Notes: generated by a model from the letters alone, not told the origin. A stretch of 34,957 bases of DNA from Rotaria socialis (GCA_905331295.1 CAJNYD010000464.1:62001-96957); one strand, 5' to 3'; positions 22,571 to 34,772 are shown, counted from the first letter of the stretch. Translations and numbers: made by a program.

Positions 22571-23468
22571 TTATTTATCAATTCGAAATGAGCCATTAAC
22601 CATATCATACAGCTGACTATTAGGATGGTGTGAGCCACACTCTCCATTACAAATCATAACAGTAACATTATATAGGCCCGGATACCATTGTTCACATTGT
22701 GCTATTTTGAAGAATATATACTACGTTTGTAAATTGAAACAATAAATAACTTCTTACCGGTACCAGGATCACATGTTGGATCTGGACTAGTATCAATACT
22801 AATACGTTCAGCATATCTACCTGGTTTTAATGATTCAATCAAGAATGTAGTCGAAATTTCTATGTCATCAACGGTTTGAATATTGATAACCAATTGACCG
22901 GTACCAGTTCCATTAACAGATCCATAAGCAAAATCAAGAATAAATGTGCTATAAGCTTGAGCATGTGATGGTAAAATGGCAAATGATTTAAACTTAGCAT
23001 CACCATTATCATTTACTAAAGCAAGAGAAAAAAAGCATCGTGTTTTTTTTCAAATTTAATAAAAATAATATATTCTCTTTTACTTGGACAAACTTTTAAT
23101 GATTCACAAAAATAAATTGGATCCAGATCAACTTCTTTAGCTATTTTAATAAATTCGTTAATTCCCACTGCATCACAACCAACTGCACAAATAGCATATA
23201 GAACAGGTGATCCAGACTTTTCAGTAACATAATTACATATATCATCACATGTATTGATAATACTCAATTCAAAAATGCCATCGAGAACCAAATAGATTAA
23301 AGTATCAAATGTGTCAACACAATCTCGACAAAAATCGTTAGCATTATTTTCTTCTTTCAATGATAATGAAAAATGTCTAATATGACTTGATTGAGCATTA
23401 ATTTTATGTGTATGAGCTGCTGCACCCCCAAAAATGGCTAAAATAACCAAAGCGATACCCTTGTACAT
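22571..23468 (-). CDS. Countin-like secreted protein (saposin-B domain + C-terminal beta-rich domain)
   Basis: Exons 23468-23084, 23015-22758 and 22701-22571. Signal peptide MYKGIALVILAIFGGAAA; six-Cys saposin pattern (CRDC..TCDDIC..ICAVGCDAVGINEFIK..DLDPIYFCESLKVC); C-terminal 'NDNGDA..GTGQL..PGLYNV..ICNGECGSHHPNS', recognised from memory as Dictyostelium countin-type motifs. Confidence 0.85.
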
Positions 23469-23875
23469 CTTATTTTTCTTCTTCTTCCAATGACAATATG
23501 AAGGAAAATGTAAATGGTGCATTGGTAATAAATACGATCTTTGTGGGAAGAAAAAAAATCTGTTCCAAATATTATCGATTACCAGACAAAAATACATTTT
23601 ATTTTTCAAAATAATCCACCAAACACTGCCAAAAGAAAAATCGGCGCCTTGATTATTTTTTGTTGTTTCATGAGACTGGAATCAGGCGGTGAAAATGCAA
23701 CTACTGAAAGTTAAGGGCATTGATTATTTTGGAGTCAATAGAAAGTTCTCTCCAGAGCAGCAAAATCCAAAAAATCAATTTCACGCTCATCAAACAAATG
23801 GCAATGCATCCAGCACACCAGAACCAACACCATCGTGATTAATCATCTCGTCTCCACCTAAAATGAGCATTTGAA

Positions 23876-23933
23876 TCTTGAGGGTGTGGGTGCACTTCTT
23901 TCACGTAACAATAAACTAGCACCCACACCATCA
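23876..23933. repeat. TGAGGG/TGTGGG-based mini-palindrome
   Basis: TCTTGAGGGTGTGGGTGC..GCACCCACACCATCA. Confidence 0.7.
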
Positions 23934-24508
23934 TACATCGTCACTCAGTGTTTTCAATGAGATGGTTCATCATTTACAAGATGTCACAGAAAAACTTCAA
24001 TTGGAGCTGTGAACAGATACCCAATCATCTGACTCGAATATGATAGCTCCGATTGTTTTCTGAACTCTAAGATTAACATGTGCAAACGATAATAAACTCA
24101 CTTTAGCTTCTCGTTTATGTACTTTTTACAAGATTCTAAAATTATTCTTTGTCTTTTCTACGTCGGATCTGTCGCATCTTTAAATTTCATTCTAGCTTTT
24201 ATAGTGATACTATAGATTTTCGTTTATTCACGAAGTAAAATTGGCAATTCACCTGAATATGTCATATGTGTCAAACGTGAAACTTGAATTCAGTTGAAAT
24301 TACACCACTGGAATATGTGAGGGGCTACAGAAGCTTATTTTTTTTAAAGTTGACGATTTTTTTCCATTTATCATATTGTGGAACATTAATCTTCTATAAA
24401 AGATTCATCCATATACATCTCAATGTCAATTATCCTTGGATCGATTTTATCAAGTGGATATATTCTATATGTGATAGGACTAATTAATATCATAATCATT
24501 GTTTTTTG

Positions 24509-25160
24509 GAGGGATGTCATAATATCCACAACTTGGGTATCGAGATGAATACCCAGATAGGATACCCAGTTGGATGGATATCTACGTATCCTCAGTGCTG
24601 AGGAATTTGAGTGCATTTGGTGTAACGAGATGGGTATCCACGAATATTTCCCTACTACCAGATCCTACTTCAAACAAATTAATATAAGCCACAATTCACA
24701 TAACATACATGTGACAATCCACAACAACACCAACACCAACTACGCAGCATGCTACAGTTTCAACCTGACTCCCTTGAGTCATTGTGATGAAAGTGTTAAT
24801 AAATTGTTATCAGGTGAAAATGAAGTTCTTCAACGAACATTTACCTGCAATTGCACGCTCTCAGCAATATTCATTAAACAAATCTGTACATATCGATAAA
24901 CATTGGCATAAAGCGGACTACATGAATACAATGAATTTTAACATAGCATCACGTTTCCTTATTTATAATTATAAAGTCATGTATTCCTACAACAGGGTAT
25001 CAATTTCCGATACCCATCTCGTTACACCAAATGCACTCAAATTCCTCAGCTATGAGGAACATGGGTATTTATTTTACTATCCATTTTAGATATCCACTTG
25101 AATGGATATCGTGACCGGTATGTCGACGATACCCAGTGTTAGGATATTATGACATCTCTG
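24509..25160. mobile_element. Foldback/MITE with long inverted repeats (hAT-like termini)
   Basis: Termini (G)AGGGATGTCATAATATCC / GGATATTATGACATCTCTG. A perfect 42-bp inverted repeat lies at 24597-24638 vs 25009-25050, with repeated GATACCC motifs. No matching TSD was seen. Confidence 0.75.
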
Positions 25161-26639
25161 ATTGAAAATCGTGCCACACACTACTAAATGACTATTACCC
25201 AGATCTATATGGGATATATTATTGTTTGGAAGCTTATGATAAAAATTTCTTAACATCAAATGATTCCTCGCTGAGCTAATTCTTTTCCCGCGAAATCATA
25301 TAGGGTGTAATCAAGTCCTATCAAAGAACTTATTCGCAGCTTCATGAAATTTATAGTTCCTCGACAGATCAATGCTTCTTCCAGCGAATCTATTTAAGAA
25401 CTTCAACTTCGATGCATAATTCTCGTGGCGGAAAGGAGGATAATATGCAGTAGAATCCCTCCTAAAAGCTAAATAGAGAGACACGAATTTTTTATTTTTA
25501 ATGGTAACGCATCCAATAACTAGATTTTTAACCAGTTCAAATACAAAATAAGCTGACTGCTCATTTATAATCAGTACTGTGCCGATATTGATGGCACGCT
25601 TCGATGATTCTCCTTCCTTCTCTTTCTGTTCTCTTTCCATTGTTCTAATGTATCTCTCTGCTATATATACGTGTGTTATGTATGAAGTTCTTACACTCTG
25701 GAGATGTCAGATGACACAATACACCATCATGCCGACGGGCATAGGCGACACTCTAGTTTTGTCGTTACACTCTGGATAACCTGAAGTAGTCTAATAAACA
25801 TCTTTGCCGAGAGTGGCACAAGCTACTCTAATCAAGTTGTTCGTTACAAATACTTACTAATAATGTAACTCAAGACAAGCCTTCATAGAAGCAAAAATGA
25901 ATTTTTATTGCTCATCCCAAATTACCGATCATTAAATTTTGAAGGAACAAAAATAGTGGATGAACGAATTTATCGTTTATAATAATAACTTACCAACAAT
26001 GAAATTCTCCCAAGAATCTAAATAAAACAAAAATGAATTTATTAATGCTATGGTAACTAACCTTTAATACGAAAAAGTATAGTTGAAGTGTGATATGATA
26101 TACGTGCAGATTCTATAGCCAAACTGTAAAACTTGAATCAACACTAAATAAAGAAATGAATGAGATGCGAAGAAAAAATGCAATAAGATACGCACATAAA
26201 ATAGTGGTTGTTATAAATTCAGCAATTATTTTGGGGCAATAATTGAAATACTGTAACTACTGAGTCGATGATCTAATCTAAATTCATTAGTTCAATGTAA
26301 AACAAAACAATAATCTTAACAAAAAATATAGTATTGTGGTAATCATACTCCGATAAATGACTACCAATAAATATCTTGAACATTTTTATCAAAACTTCTG
26401 GTATTTGATAAGAAAAAACAGTTAGCGATGAATGCAGTAAAAAGTTTTCCAGGACGAGTTCAGATGCCTGCCGATGAAATTTGGTGAAAACCGATTGAAT
26501 GAAATTGTGAAAGCACCACTTGATTGTACCATTAGTCATGCAGTTGTTCTGTTATATGCCATGTCGAGAGAGATCGTTTTGTTTTTTTACGATATGCCAT
26601 GAATACGTTCTCTTGACGAGGTATTTTAGCAAACCTTTT

Positions 26640-26864
26640 TAAGTGCAAAACTCGCAAGGGTTTATGACAAAATCTATTGTAAATCACAAACTCGAAATAG
26701 TTCCCAATTAAACCTTTTTAAATTTGGAAACTCTTAAAAGTGTATTACAAAGCCTTGTATTTTGCTGAACCTTGTACAGATTTCGTATAACTCCACGGAC
26801 ACCTAAAAAGTATAGTACAGCTCCACGAAACCTCGAACTTTCCGTTTGGCACCTTTTTCTAGTG
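26640..26864. mobile_element. One end of a CACTA-terminated non-autonomous element (truncated)
   Basis: Ends ..TTTGGCACCTTTTTCTAGTG|TA (reverse strand TA|CACTAGAAAAAGGTGCC), with repeated AACC-type subterminal motifs. The other end was not found and the left boundary is approximate. Confidence 0.5.
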
Positions 26865-26896
26865 TAGATCAATGACTTGACTCGGGCCCAGGACTA

Positions 26897-27565
26897 CCCT
26901 AGTGAAACATCTTGTAAGTAAGATCTTGGGTACAGATAAGTGAACAGATCTTGAAAATTTAGGTACAAGATAATCGTATTATCTTGTACTAAGATCTTAT
27001 TACAGATCTTAAGTAAGAATTCATAAAATCTTGAATGATGCATTCTGAAAGCATGTTTGATATTTTTTCAATTTATTTTAATATTAATTATTCCTGTCCC
27101 GAATAACTCAAGCAAGCCAGATGTTGTGATCTGACCGGCTTTAAGTTGGTCCGATATTCGTCAGACCAATTTAGGGTAGTCCTCTCTCGATCATTGATCG
27201 AGATCAGCATTCTCTCAAATAATCAATAATCGAGAAATAGTTTAGAAAAAAAACTTACTTTGAAAAATTATGCTTTGCATGTTCAATCATGTTGCTTATA
27301 TTCAGTTCTGTATGCATAAAAAACGGTGAATGACTAGATAGCCTATCTAAACAAACTAATGATGTCGCTTTCTGTTCTACTCAAGATCTTGTGAGAAGAT
27401 AATAGTAAACCATATCTTTTCCATGATTTTGCAAAGATTTCAGGTACAGATTTATCTGATACAACCAAGATATGTGCATATAAATTATCTTTTTAAGATC
27501 TTGATAAGATCTTACTTACCGATCCCAAGATTCCCAGATCTTGCTTACAAGATGTTTCACTAGGG
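26897..27565. mobile_element. Non-autonomous TIR element (669 bp), CCC..GGG termini, TA TSD
   Basis: ~30-bp TIR CCCTAGTGAAACATCTTGTAAG(T/C)AAGATCT, flanked by TA at 26895-26896 and 27566-27567. Subterminal AGATCTT repeats occur at both ends. Confidence 0.9.
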
Positions 27566-28044
27566 TAGAAATCGAAACAGCTGATACATCACATGTGTGG
27601 GTTTAGCTATGCCATTGACTGTCGATGCCTATTGGAATTGCCACCTCGCTTCAACACTCCCATTCGCCCACAAAACCCACCCACACCCTTAAATACAGAT
27701 AATCTCTCGTTTATTTTCCTGCATAAATTCTCATTATTTTTAGGATACCAATTGTACTTCTGTCTCACGCATAATTGTGGTGGCTATGACAGTGGCAGTG
27801 ACAGTTGTTCTTTCATTGACCAGTATCTACACACCTAATTGAGCAACACAGATCTTTAATAATAATATTAAAAAGAGTTGTTTTCTTTGAGTAATTTTAT
27901 TTCAAATAATCAAGAACATTTAAAGAAAGTTTTTTCTTAACAGAGTCTCTCGCATAATTTTAACTAAAGACAATCGATGATTGAAGAATAAGAAGAATTT
28001 ACAGATGCAAGCTATTAATATAATTTTTTTTATAAGTTTTACAT

Positions 28045-28320
28045 ATGACTGTTACACAATATTGTTTGCAATGCTAGTATTTTGCAATAAGATCGACAGC
28101 TATAGAACTCAGATGTTTTAAAATATGCCTTCAATGTCTTTTTGTTCTAGCGACTACAGATCAAACATTATTTGCACAAATGATTTCTCAAGCTACTGTT
28201 GCAGAACCAATGACTATTATGGTTGATGATTTCAATACTAATAACTTCTTAGATGTTGTTGTTGTTAATGGTGAGAGTAGTACTACAAATCTGACAATGC
28301 GCTCTCGTCTGGTCGTTTGA
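28045..28320 (+). pseudogene. Relic of a secreted FG-GAP/VCBS-repeat protein
   Basis: After the acceptor TTCTAG (28150) the frame reads 'LFAQMISQATVAEPMTIMVDDFNTNNFLDVVVVNGESST', like one GDFNxDxxLDIVVxN repeat, then breaks off. A hydrophobic signal-like segment lies upstream. Confidence 0.5.
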
Positions 28321-30680
28321 AACGAAGTTATGCATCGTCGGTCTGATTTTTTACACACACCCCGGCTAGAATAGACGTGAGAACACGCTCCATACTATTA
28401 GGACGTAGTCAGATCACTTACACCAAGCAGTGCTTAAACCCGACCTGTGGAAACAGTGTATTTCTTAGCATGTTTTCGAAGATTGTTTACGTTATCTCAC
28501 ACTGGAAAACAACTAATTTTAAATTGAAAAGATCAATCAGAAACTGGAAACTATCAGTTTGATTGTACAATGTGCATGGAAAGTTGAATTCCGGGGTTGC
28601 ACTTTCAACTAGCACATTATTTCCTCGCAGTCACAGTTCAACAGTTGACAATACTACGAATACTCGCAAAATCCACAATATCATTCGAACTGACACGCAG
28701 TTGATTTCATTGATGAATAAAATATTTGTTGTTCTTTTTTTAATATTCTACATAGCCCGACGAAACAAAGGTTATCTTTTGGATCCGTTTTCACATCTCT
28801 ATATGTCTACGAACGTAAGAAGTGCATTTATTAATTCACGTTTGCTTCGTCAGTATGGAAGTGACATGTTGCACTTTTCACTTAGATTACATTAGTAAAG
28901 GAAGTGGATAAGGTTGAAATACACACAAAAAGAGCGCACCAATAATAAGCGAAATGCTATATAAGGGAGTAGAGTTAACAGTCGACCTAAAATTCCAAGC
29001 AACAGACAGATAATACACAGGTATTGTACGTTTAATATTTTATTAGCTCCTTTGTTCTTCATGAGATTCACTGGGCCAGGTCATTGTTGCCCAGTCGGAA
29101 CCGAAGTCTAGCGACTGTTTCGATTCCAACGCGTGTCGATTGGATCCTGTCGGAAACTGGCTAGAATCCGATTACAGTCACAACTTTTTCCAATAACTGT
29201 CTATAAAACGACAGGATTTCTATTGGATTTTTCAGCCTTAAAAGCAAATTTTAATCGATTAAAAATCTGTTTTAGTCCGATTTTTTTGTCAACAAAAATT
29301 TCCATGGGTGCTGTACTCTTTTCTTAGTTATTAACACTTGAGCGATATCGGAAATTACTCTTATTCTTGTGCTCAATCTTATGCAAATCCATCGAAGAAA
29401 CAACAAACATTGATATGTTTCGCCAGTGACACATGTTGCAGGGATCTATTTTTTTATGAAACATGATTGCTAATAAATGTTAAACTATAGAGTGACACAA
29501 AAATGAACTACTTCCCGGCCCGTCTCACAGACCATGACAGACATTACGGCATGATGATACTTTAATTCGGTCATGGATCATGATCAATATAGTCTTTGCA
29601 TACGATAAAAACATTTCCATCGCGTTTCTCAGTTGAATCCTGTGAGGATTGCGTTGAACGCTTACTGACGAGAATTTTTCGTGACTGTTATCATGACCAA
29701 AACACCATACTCGCGCTAGACTCTGGAATAGTATCCGTCCAACTCAGCTCTTAGTGGAGTGCTCCTGTTTAGCCTTGATCATATAGGGAGAAATAAATAA
29801 ACGCAGCTTGATTTCGAGCAACGGCTCGACGAAGAAAACCAAGAGTCAAACTTGGTCGATCGACAGTTTCGGGTAGAATGGAAAAGCCTAATTACGTTAT
29901 AGTTTAACTTATTTCAATCAAAGACGATTTGAAAACGTCGAAAAGTTCAGAAGAGATAATATGGGTTACCTTTTATTGAAATTTTTATCACATCGCATTC
30001 ACTCCCCATAGGAACTATAAGAATAAGAAGACATGTCTCATTATATTTACTATTTCTAAGTAGTGATTCAGCAGGTCTAGTCAACCATTTGCTTCATAAA
30101 TAATTCTCTCTAACACAAACCCTGGCGCTATACGAAAGTACATTTGTCGAGTTTCATCCTATTCGCCAATAAGTATAGCTTGCATTTTTTTACATATGAA
30201 TAACATGAGAAGGTTACACGATAACACTACTGTACGAATTTTGTCAAAAAATAGAATGAAAAGATGCATTGCATATACGTATATAACAGCGAGAAAATGA
30301 CGCATATAACAGACCTTTTACATAAGTGAACGAAGCGAAAAACGTACGCGATTCTTTTTTCTAATTATAGTAGGATTGCATTACGATTGGAACTGCGCTG
30401 CAAATTTAACGCAATGCAATACAGTGTATTGATTTCATTAATTGGGTGATGATATTTTCATATGTGGTAAGATTATTTCAGTGATTTCTGAAATCTTTGA
30501 AAATCCACTAAGCGGCGTCTGCTTTTTCTATTTCCCCTTTTATCAAGTCAAAATATTTCTAGACACATAAGTTGCACTTCGAATCTACTATTGTGAATGT
30601 CTGCGAATTGTTCTCTAGTTTAATATGTAGCGATTAAGTTCTGTATGCCACTTGTTAAGAGCTTATGCAAAATTGAATAA

Positions 30681-32081
30681 ATGGTACGATTCTCATTATA
30701 GATAATTGCGATTTGAAGATTGTGGTGCGATTCTCTTTCTTGATCGATGACGAATATTTAAAAGCAATTATTCAAGCGTCAACTTGACGTTACCGAAAGT
30801 CTCGAGTCAAACATTACCTTTTATTGTGAATTTCATTGCAAGGACTTAACTAATGAAATGTTATATCGGGCATGTTCTCTTTTACGTCAACATCATCCCT
30901 ACTTTCGCCTGCACGTCGAGGAAATTGACGGCAAGCTATGGCTAATCGAAAACGAAAACGACAATCTTCCTTTAACATTGATTGAAGGTATTACCGATAA
31001 GTGGGAATATGAGCTTATTAATTTTGCAAATCAATCACGTGATCATACTGTATCAATGATTTTTCTTCAATGTCGATATGACTCTCAAGGCCGACATCAA
31101 CTTTTTGGTGTGATTAACCATGTGGCACTGGATGGTTTAGGCTTTGTAGAAGCACTTCATACACTTCTTACTTATCTGGGTCAAATGTGTGATTGTGAAG
31201 ATTGTAAAACGGTATCGTTAATTGATCGACATCCATTTATCGATGTACTTGGACGAAATCCGACGAGTGAACAACCGGTCTTTAATTTTACTCATGAGTA
31301 TTTGTCGCCACAAGGACCGGACCCTGGTGAAGTCAACACCCAACATGCATCATCGGCAGACCGACGAACGATTGGTTTGTTTAAAAAATTTGATCATATA
31401 ACTACAGAAAATCTTATTGCTTTTGGAAAAATCCATTCGACCACAGTGCAAGGCATGTTGAGCATCTCCAGTATGATCACATCGATTTGGATTAGGAAAA
31501 TGCGACCTCAATTTCCGATATGGGTGTTAAACTGGTGCGTGTCAAATCTGCGTCCGCTTGCTAAGCCCACCATCGATCCTAAATATTGTGTTTTAGCAAC
31601 TGCACCATTAGCTTGGGAGCACGAAGTAAACGAAAATGCATCTGTCTGGTCACTTGCTCAGGAAGCATCAGAAAAACTTCATAAACACAATAAGGAAAAT
31701 ATGGGTTGGGATTTTTTAAATGCTACAAAATTTGGTATGCGCGTCAAACTTCCGACTACCATGACAACGTCAGTTGGAATACTACGAATTAGAACAGAAT
31801 ATGGAAGAGTGAAAGTCAACGATTTACGCGTAATGGGTGCTAATTATGATCACGTACCGAACAATGCATCATCACATATGAACTATATCTACATACAGGG
31901 TGGACAGCTAAATTTAGTCACTACCTTCACATATCCTGATCTAGGCTATCAGTGGGGAGAACGATTTCATAGTGGAGTTATTTATATATTAGAATGTTTT
32001 TCAAGAAACTCAAATTTTACTGTTAATTCAATTTTCGAGTCACTGGATGGCCAAAAACCCTGTGCGAGTACTTTTAAGTAA
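30681..32081 (+). CDS. Stand-alone CoA-dependent acyltransferase / condensation-domain-fold enzyme (PapA5/alcohol acetyltransferase-like)
   Basis: The 407-aa ORF 30858-32081 contains 'QHHPYFR', catalytic 'NHVALDGLG', 'STTVQGML' and 'NLR'. The frame stays open upstream to 30762 (KQLFKRQLDVTES). The true start is either ATG 30681 + intron 30684-30764, or ATG 30747 interrupted by TAA 30759. Confidence 0.8.
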
Positions 32082-32796
32082 GTTGAATAGCTTTGGTAAC
32101 GATTGAACTTTACATGTTCAGCGGAATCTATCGATATAATCAGATCTGAAATCGAACATATTTCTATTATTTTAGTTAACCAATACTGAGCAGCATTGGA
32201 ACTTAACGACTACTATAACAATAGTGAACCAATCTCCGTACTGATTCACACAACCAGCTTTTGACAACGTATTGTTGTGTTTCAAAGAAAGCTATGTGTA
32301 ATTTACGATTTTTTGTTTTGTTTTTTGTTTACCTATCGATCACAAAAGGATAATAATATTTCTTAGCCGTGTGGCATCTCACAGAAAAGTGAATGATTGA
32401 AAAAATTTATTGCAAATTTTGAATGAACATGATTACTATGTGAGAAGTCCACGAAAAATAAAATTTATATCGTTGCACTTTTAGATCCACAAAGTTATCA
32501 CTTTAATTACTTTTATAATTTTTTACTATTTTCTCCTTTTCTTATTCGTTGATATCAAGATATAGAGGATAAAAATGTAGCATTATACTGTGCGTGAAGA
32601 CGTATTTAATGTTATATTTTTAGCTATTCAGACTGTTTAAGTGAAGGGTTTTAAACCATTGAAATGTTTACGGCTTGTCTTTTGTTGAAGATGGTGTCCA
32701 ATGCCCAAACATTTACACGTTTTTGTTTTTTCGTAGTGAGAAAGTTGCTTCTGTTGTATTTTTACTATTTGCTGTTTTCGATTGGTTGCATGTTTT

Positions 32797-32863
32797 TAAG
32801 GGTGTGGGTGTGGGTGTGGGCGTTTGCCTTCTTATCACACCCACACCCTCGTCCACACCCTTA
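32797..32863. repeat. Best-preserved TGTGGG-based mini-palindrome
   Basis: TAAGGG(TGTGGG)3CG..CACACCCACACCCTCGTCCACACCCTTA. Confidence 0.8.
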
Positions 32864-33729
32864 CTTGCGCTGATGAAATATAGCCTACATATCCACTTTT
32901 CCATAAAAATGCCCCGAAATTCTAGACTCTTCTTATGAATGTTTTTTCTTCATTTCAAAAATGCCTTTCGACTCCTCCATGAGATTCAGCATCAAAAGTT
33001 GACTATGGAACGGTATTTTGCATCATTCGTACAGCGCTTTAGCTGAGCTATCTTGCGTTTACTATGTATCTCTACATGTACCAAGAAATTGACCTGGAAG
33101 TCTAGAATTTTGATAATGAAAGCTAATTTTTTTTAACAGTAATGTTTTCTGAAGTGGATTAGCTGGTTGATGGAGAAAAAAACTGAAAAAAAAACTTTTC
33201 CAAAACGGTGGTTGAGTCTCCATGGATTTGCCCTATGTTAAAAAATGTACAAGGTAGTAAAAGAAACTGATGAGTCAATTTGATTCGCCTCTCTTGACAA
33301 CATACATCAAGTTTTCTGGTAATTTATAAGAAAAATAAACATACATCAAAATCCCTCATTGGTACCATTTTCATATAATCATACGGTCATTTTAAGGAGA
33401 TATTTTTAAATCGAAAAAAGTTGTCTTAGATGTTCAATTATGTTTGGTGGAAAACGTCGAAAAGGAAAATGCCAAAAGAAACAGTAGGAAGACATTAAAA
33501 TGAAAAATATAGGAGCATTCAGTATCCAAGCGGAAAATATCGAAAATGTAAATGTGTAGGTGTTGATCGAGAAGACAAGAAAACGCACGGCCGCACCAAA
33601 AAAAAACAGAAGAAGTTAACATGTAAAACACAACAATGAATGAAAGAATATGGAATGAGAGATTTCATATACTCCCTTCAGTTCCTATACGTATGCCCAA
33701 GTGAGCAAAAAATAGAGAGGACGGGCGAC

Positions 33730-34034
33730 ATGACTAGCCCGAAAAGTCTGCTATACCCATGAAGTCTAGTCTAATACGTCTTCCATATTTATTGTGACTA
33801 GTCCGTATGTCCTTTTACGCGTCTGGACTGGTCCAAGCTATTCCAGAGTATCGCTCCAACGAGTCGGTTTGTCCACTTACCCTCATCTAGACTAGTCCAA
33901 TATATTCTAAAGCATCATTGTAACTAATCCGTATGTCCTTTTACCCGCCTAGACTGGTCTGTTTATTCATTTACCCCCATCTGGACTAGTCTGTTTATTC
34001 ATTTACTCCCATCTGGACTAGTCCATAGCAGGGG
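33730..34034. repeat. GACTAGTC-motif repeat cluster, probable non-autonomous transposon remnant
   Basis: Repeated GACTAGTC/GACTGGTC motifs and a ~32-bp tandem unit CTGGACTAGTCTGTTTATTCATTTAC(C/T)CCCAT. Ends ..CCATAGCAGGGG. Confidence 0.55.
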
Positions 34035-34151
34035 AAAATATTGTAAAACAGGGAGAAGAAAGTTAGATTCGAACATTAGAGACACTTATAATACTATTAA
34101 AAATCAGACTGGCATCTTGACGGCAGTCCATAATACAGTAAGCCTTATGTC

Positions 34152-34683
34152 GATCTTGGTGAAAAATGTCGAAAAGGAAAATGTCGCAAGAGAAAAATGA
34201 CGAAAGAAAATAGAAAAAGGAAAATGTCGAAAGTGTAAGTAATTTATGAGAAAGAGATGTAGATGAAAATTTGAAAAGAAAAATGTCGAAACGACGAATT
34301 CATAGCCTTGATCCATAATGAATACTGTTTTAATAATAATAAAAAAGAAGAGACAGAATAGAAAATATAATAAAATGTTATTTTTTTTCTTTCCAATTAA
34401 TAATATATTTCTTTCCAATTAATAATATATTTCTTTCCACAAAATTTTCTTTATTCAATGTAAAATACCATATGCCGGACGAAGAGATGCCAATGAAAAG
34501 AAAAAAAATCAATTTTACAACTGACCTCTTTCAATATATTCGATATTTTTCTCTTTCACAATCTATTGGATATTTTTATTTCTGTGTTTCGACGTTTTCC
34601 TCTTCGATATTTTCCTTTTCGATATTTTCCTTTTCGATATTTTCCTTTTCGATATTTTCCTTTTCGACATTTTCCGCCAACCC
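34152..34683. mobile_element. Mutator-like non-autonomous element with tandem 15-bp subterminal repeats
   Basis: Direct repeat CCTTATGTC at 34143-34151 and 34684-34692. Inverted ends TTGGTGAAAAATGTCGAAAAGGAAAAT / ATTTTCCTTTTCGACATTTTCCGCCAA. (TTTTCGATATTTTCC)n array at ~34590-34675. Confidence 0.75.
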
Positions 34684-34772
34684 CCTTATGTCTATGTATA
34701 TATTCTAAAACGCAAATGGGTGTCTTCCATATACCATGCGTGCAGAAGTCTCTTGATGGAAACTGATTCTCA

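Noticed and set aside
25311..25640. 109-aa minus-strand ORF
   Set aside because: No recognisable motif or supportable exon structure.
25700..25980. Possible SF2 helicase relic ('MPTGIGDT' Walker-A-like; 'IVDE' downstream)
   Set aside because: The invariant Lys is missing, there are many stops and the motifs are short. It needs a tBLASTn/HMM hit to be credible.
32801..32820. True telomere or chromosome end
   Set aside because: Only three TGTGGG units, internal, and paired with an inverted arm.
32664..32938. ORFs with VWVWVW / GVGVGV / TPTPTP
   Set aside because: They arise from the TGTGGG palindrome.
34590..34675. CRISPR-like regular repeats
   Set aside because: Contiguous tandem units without unique spacers, eukaryotic context and no cas genes.
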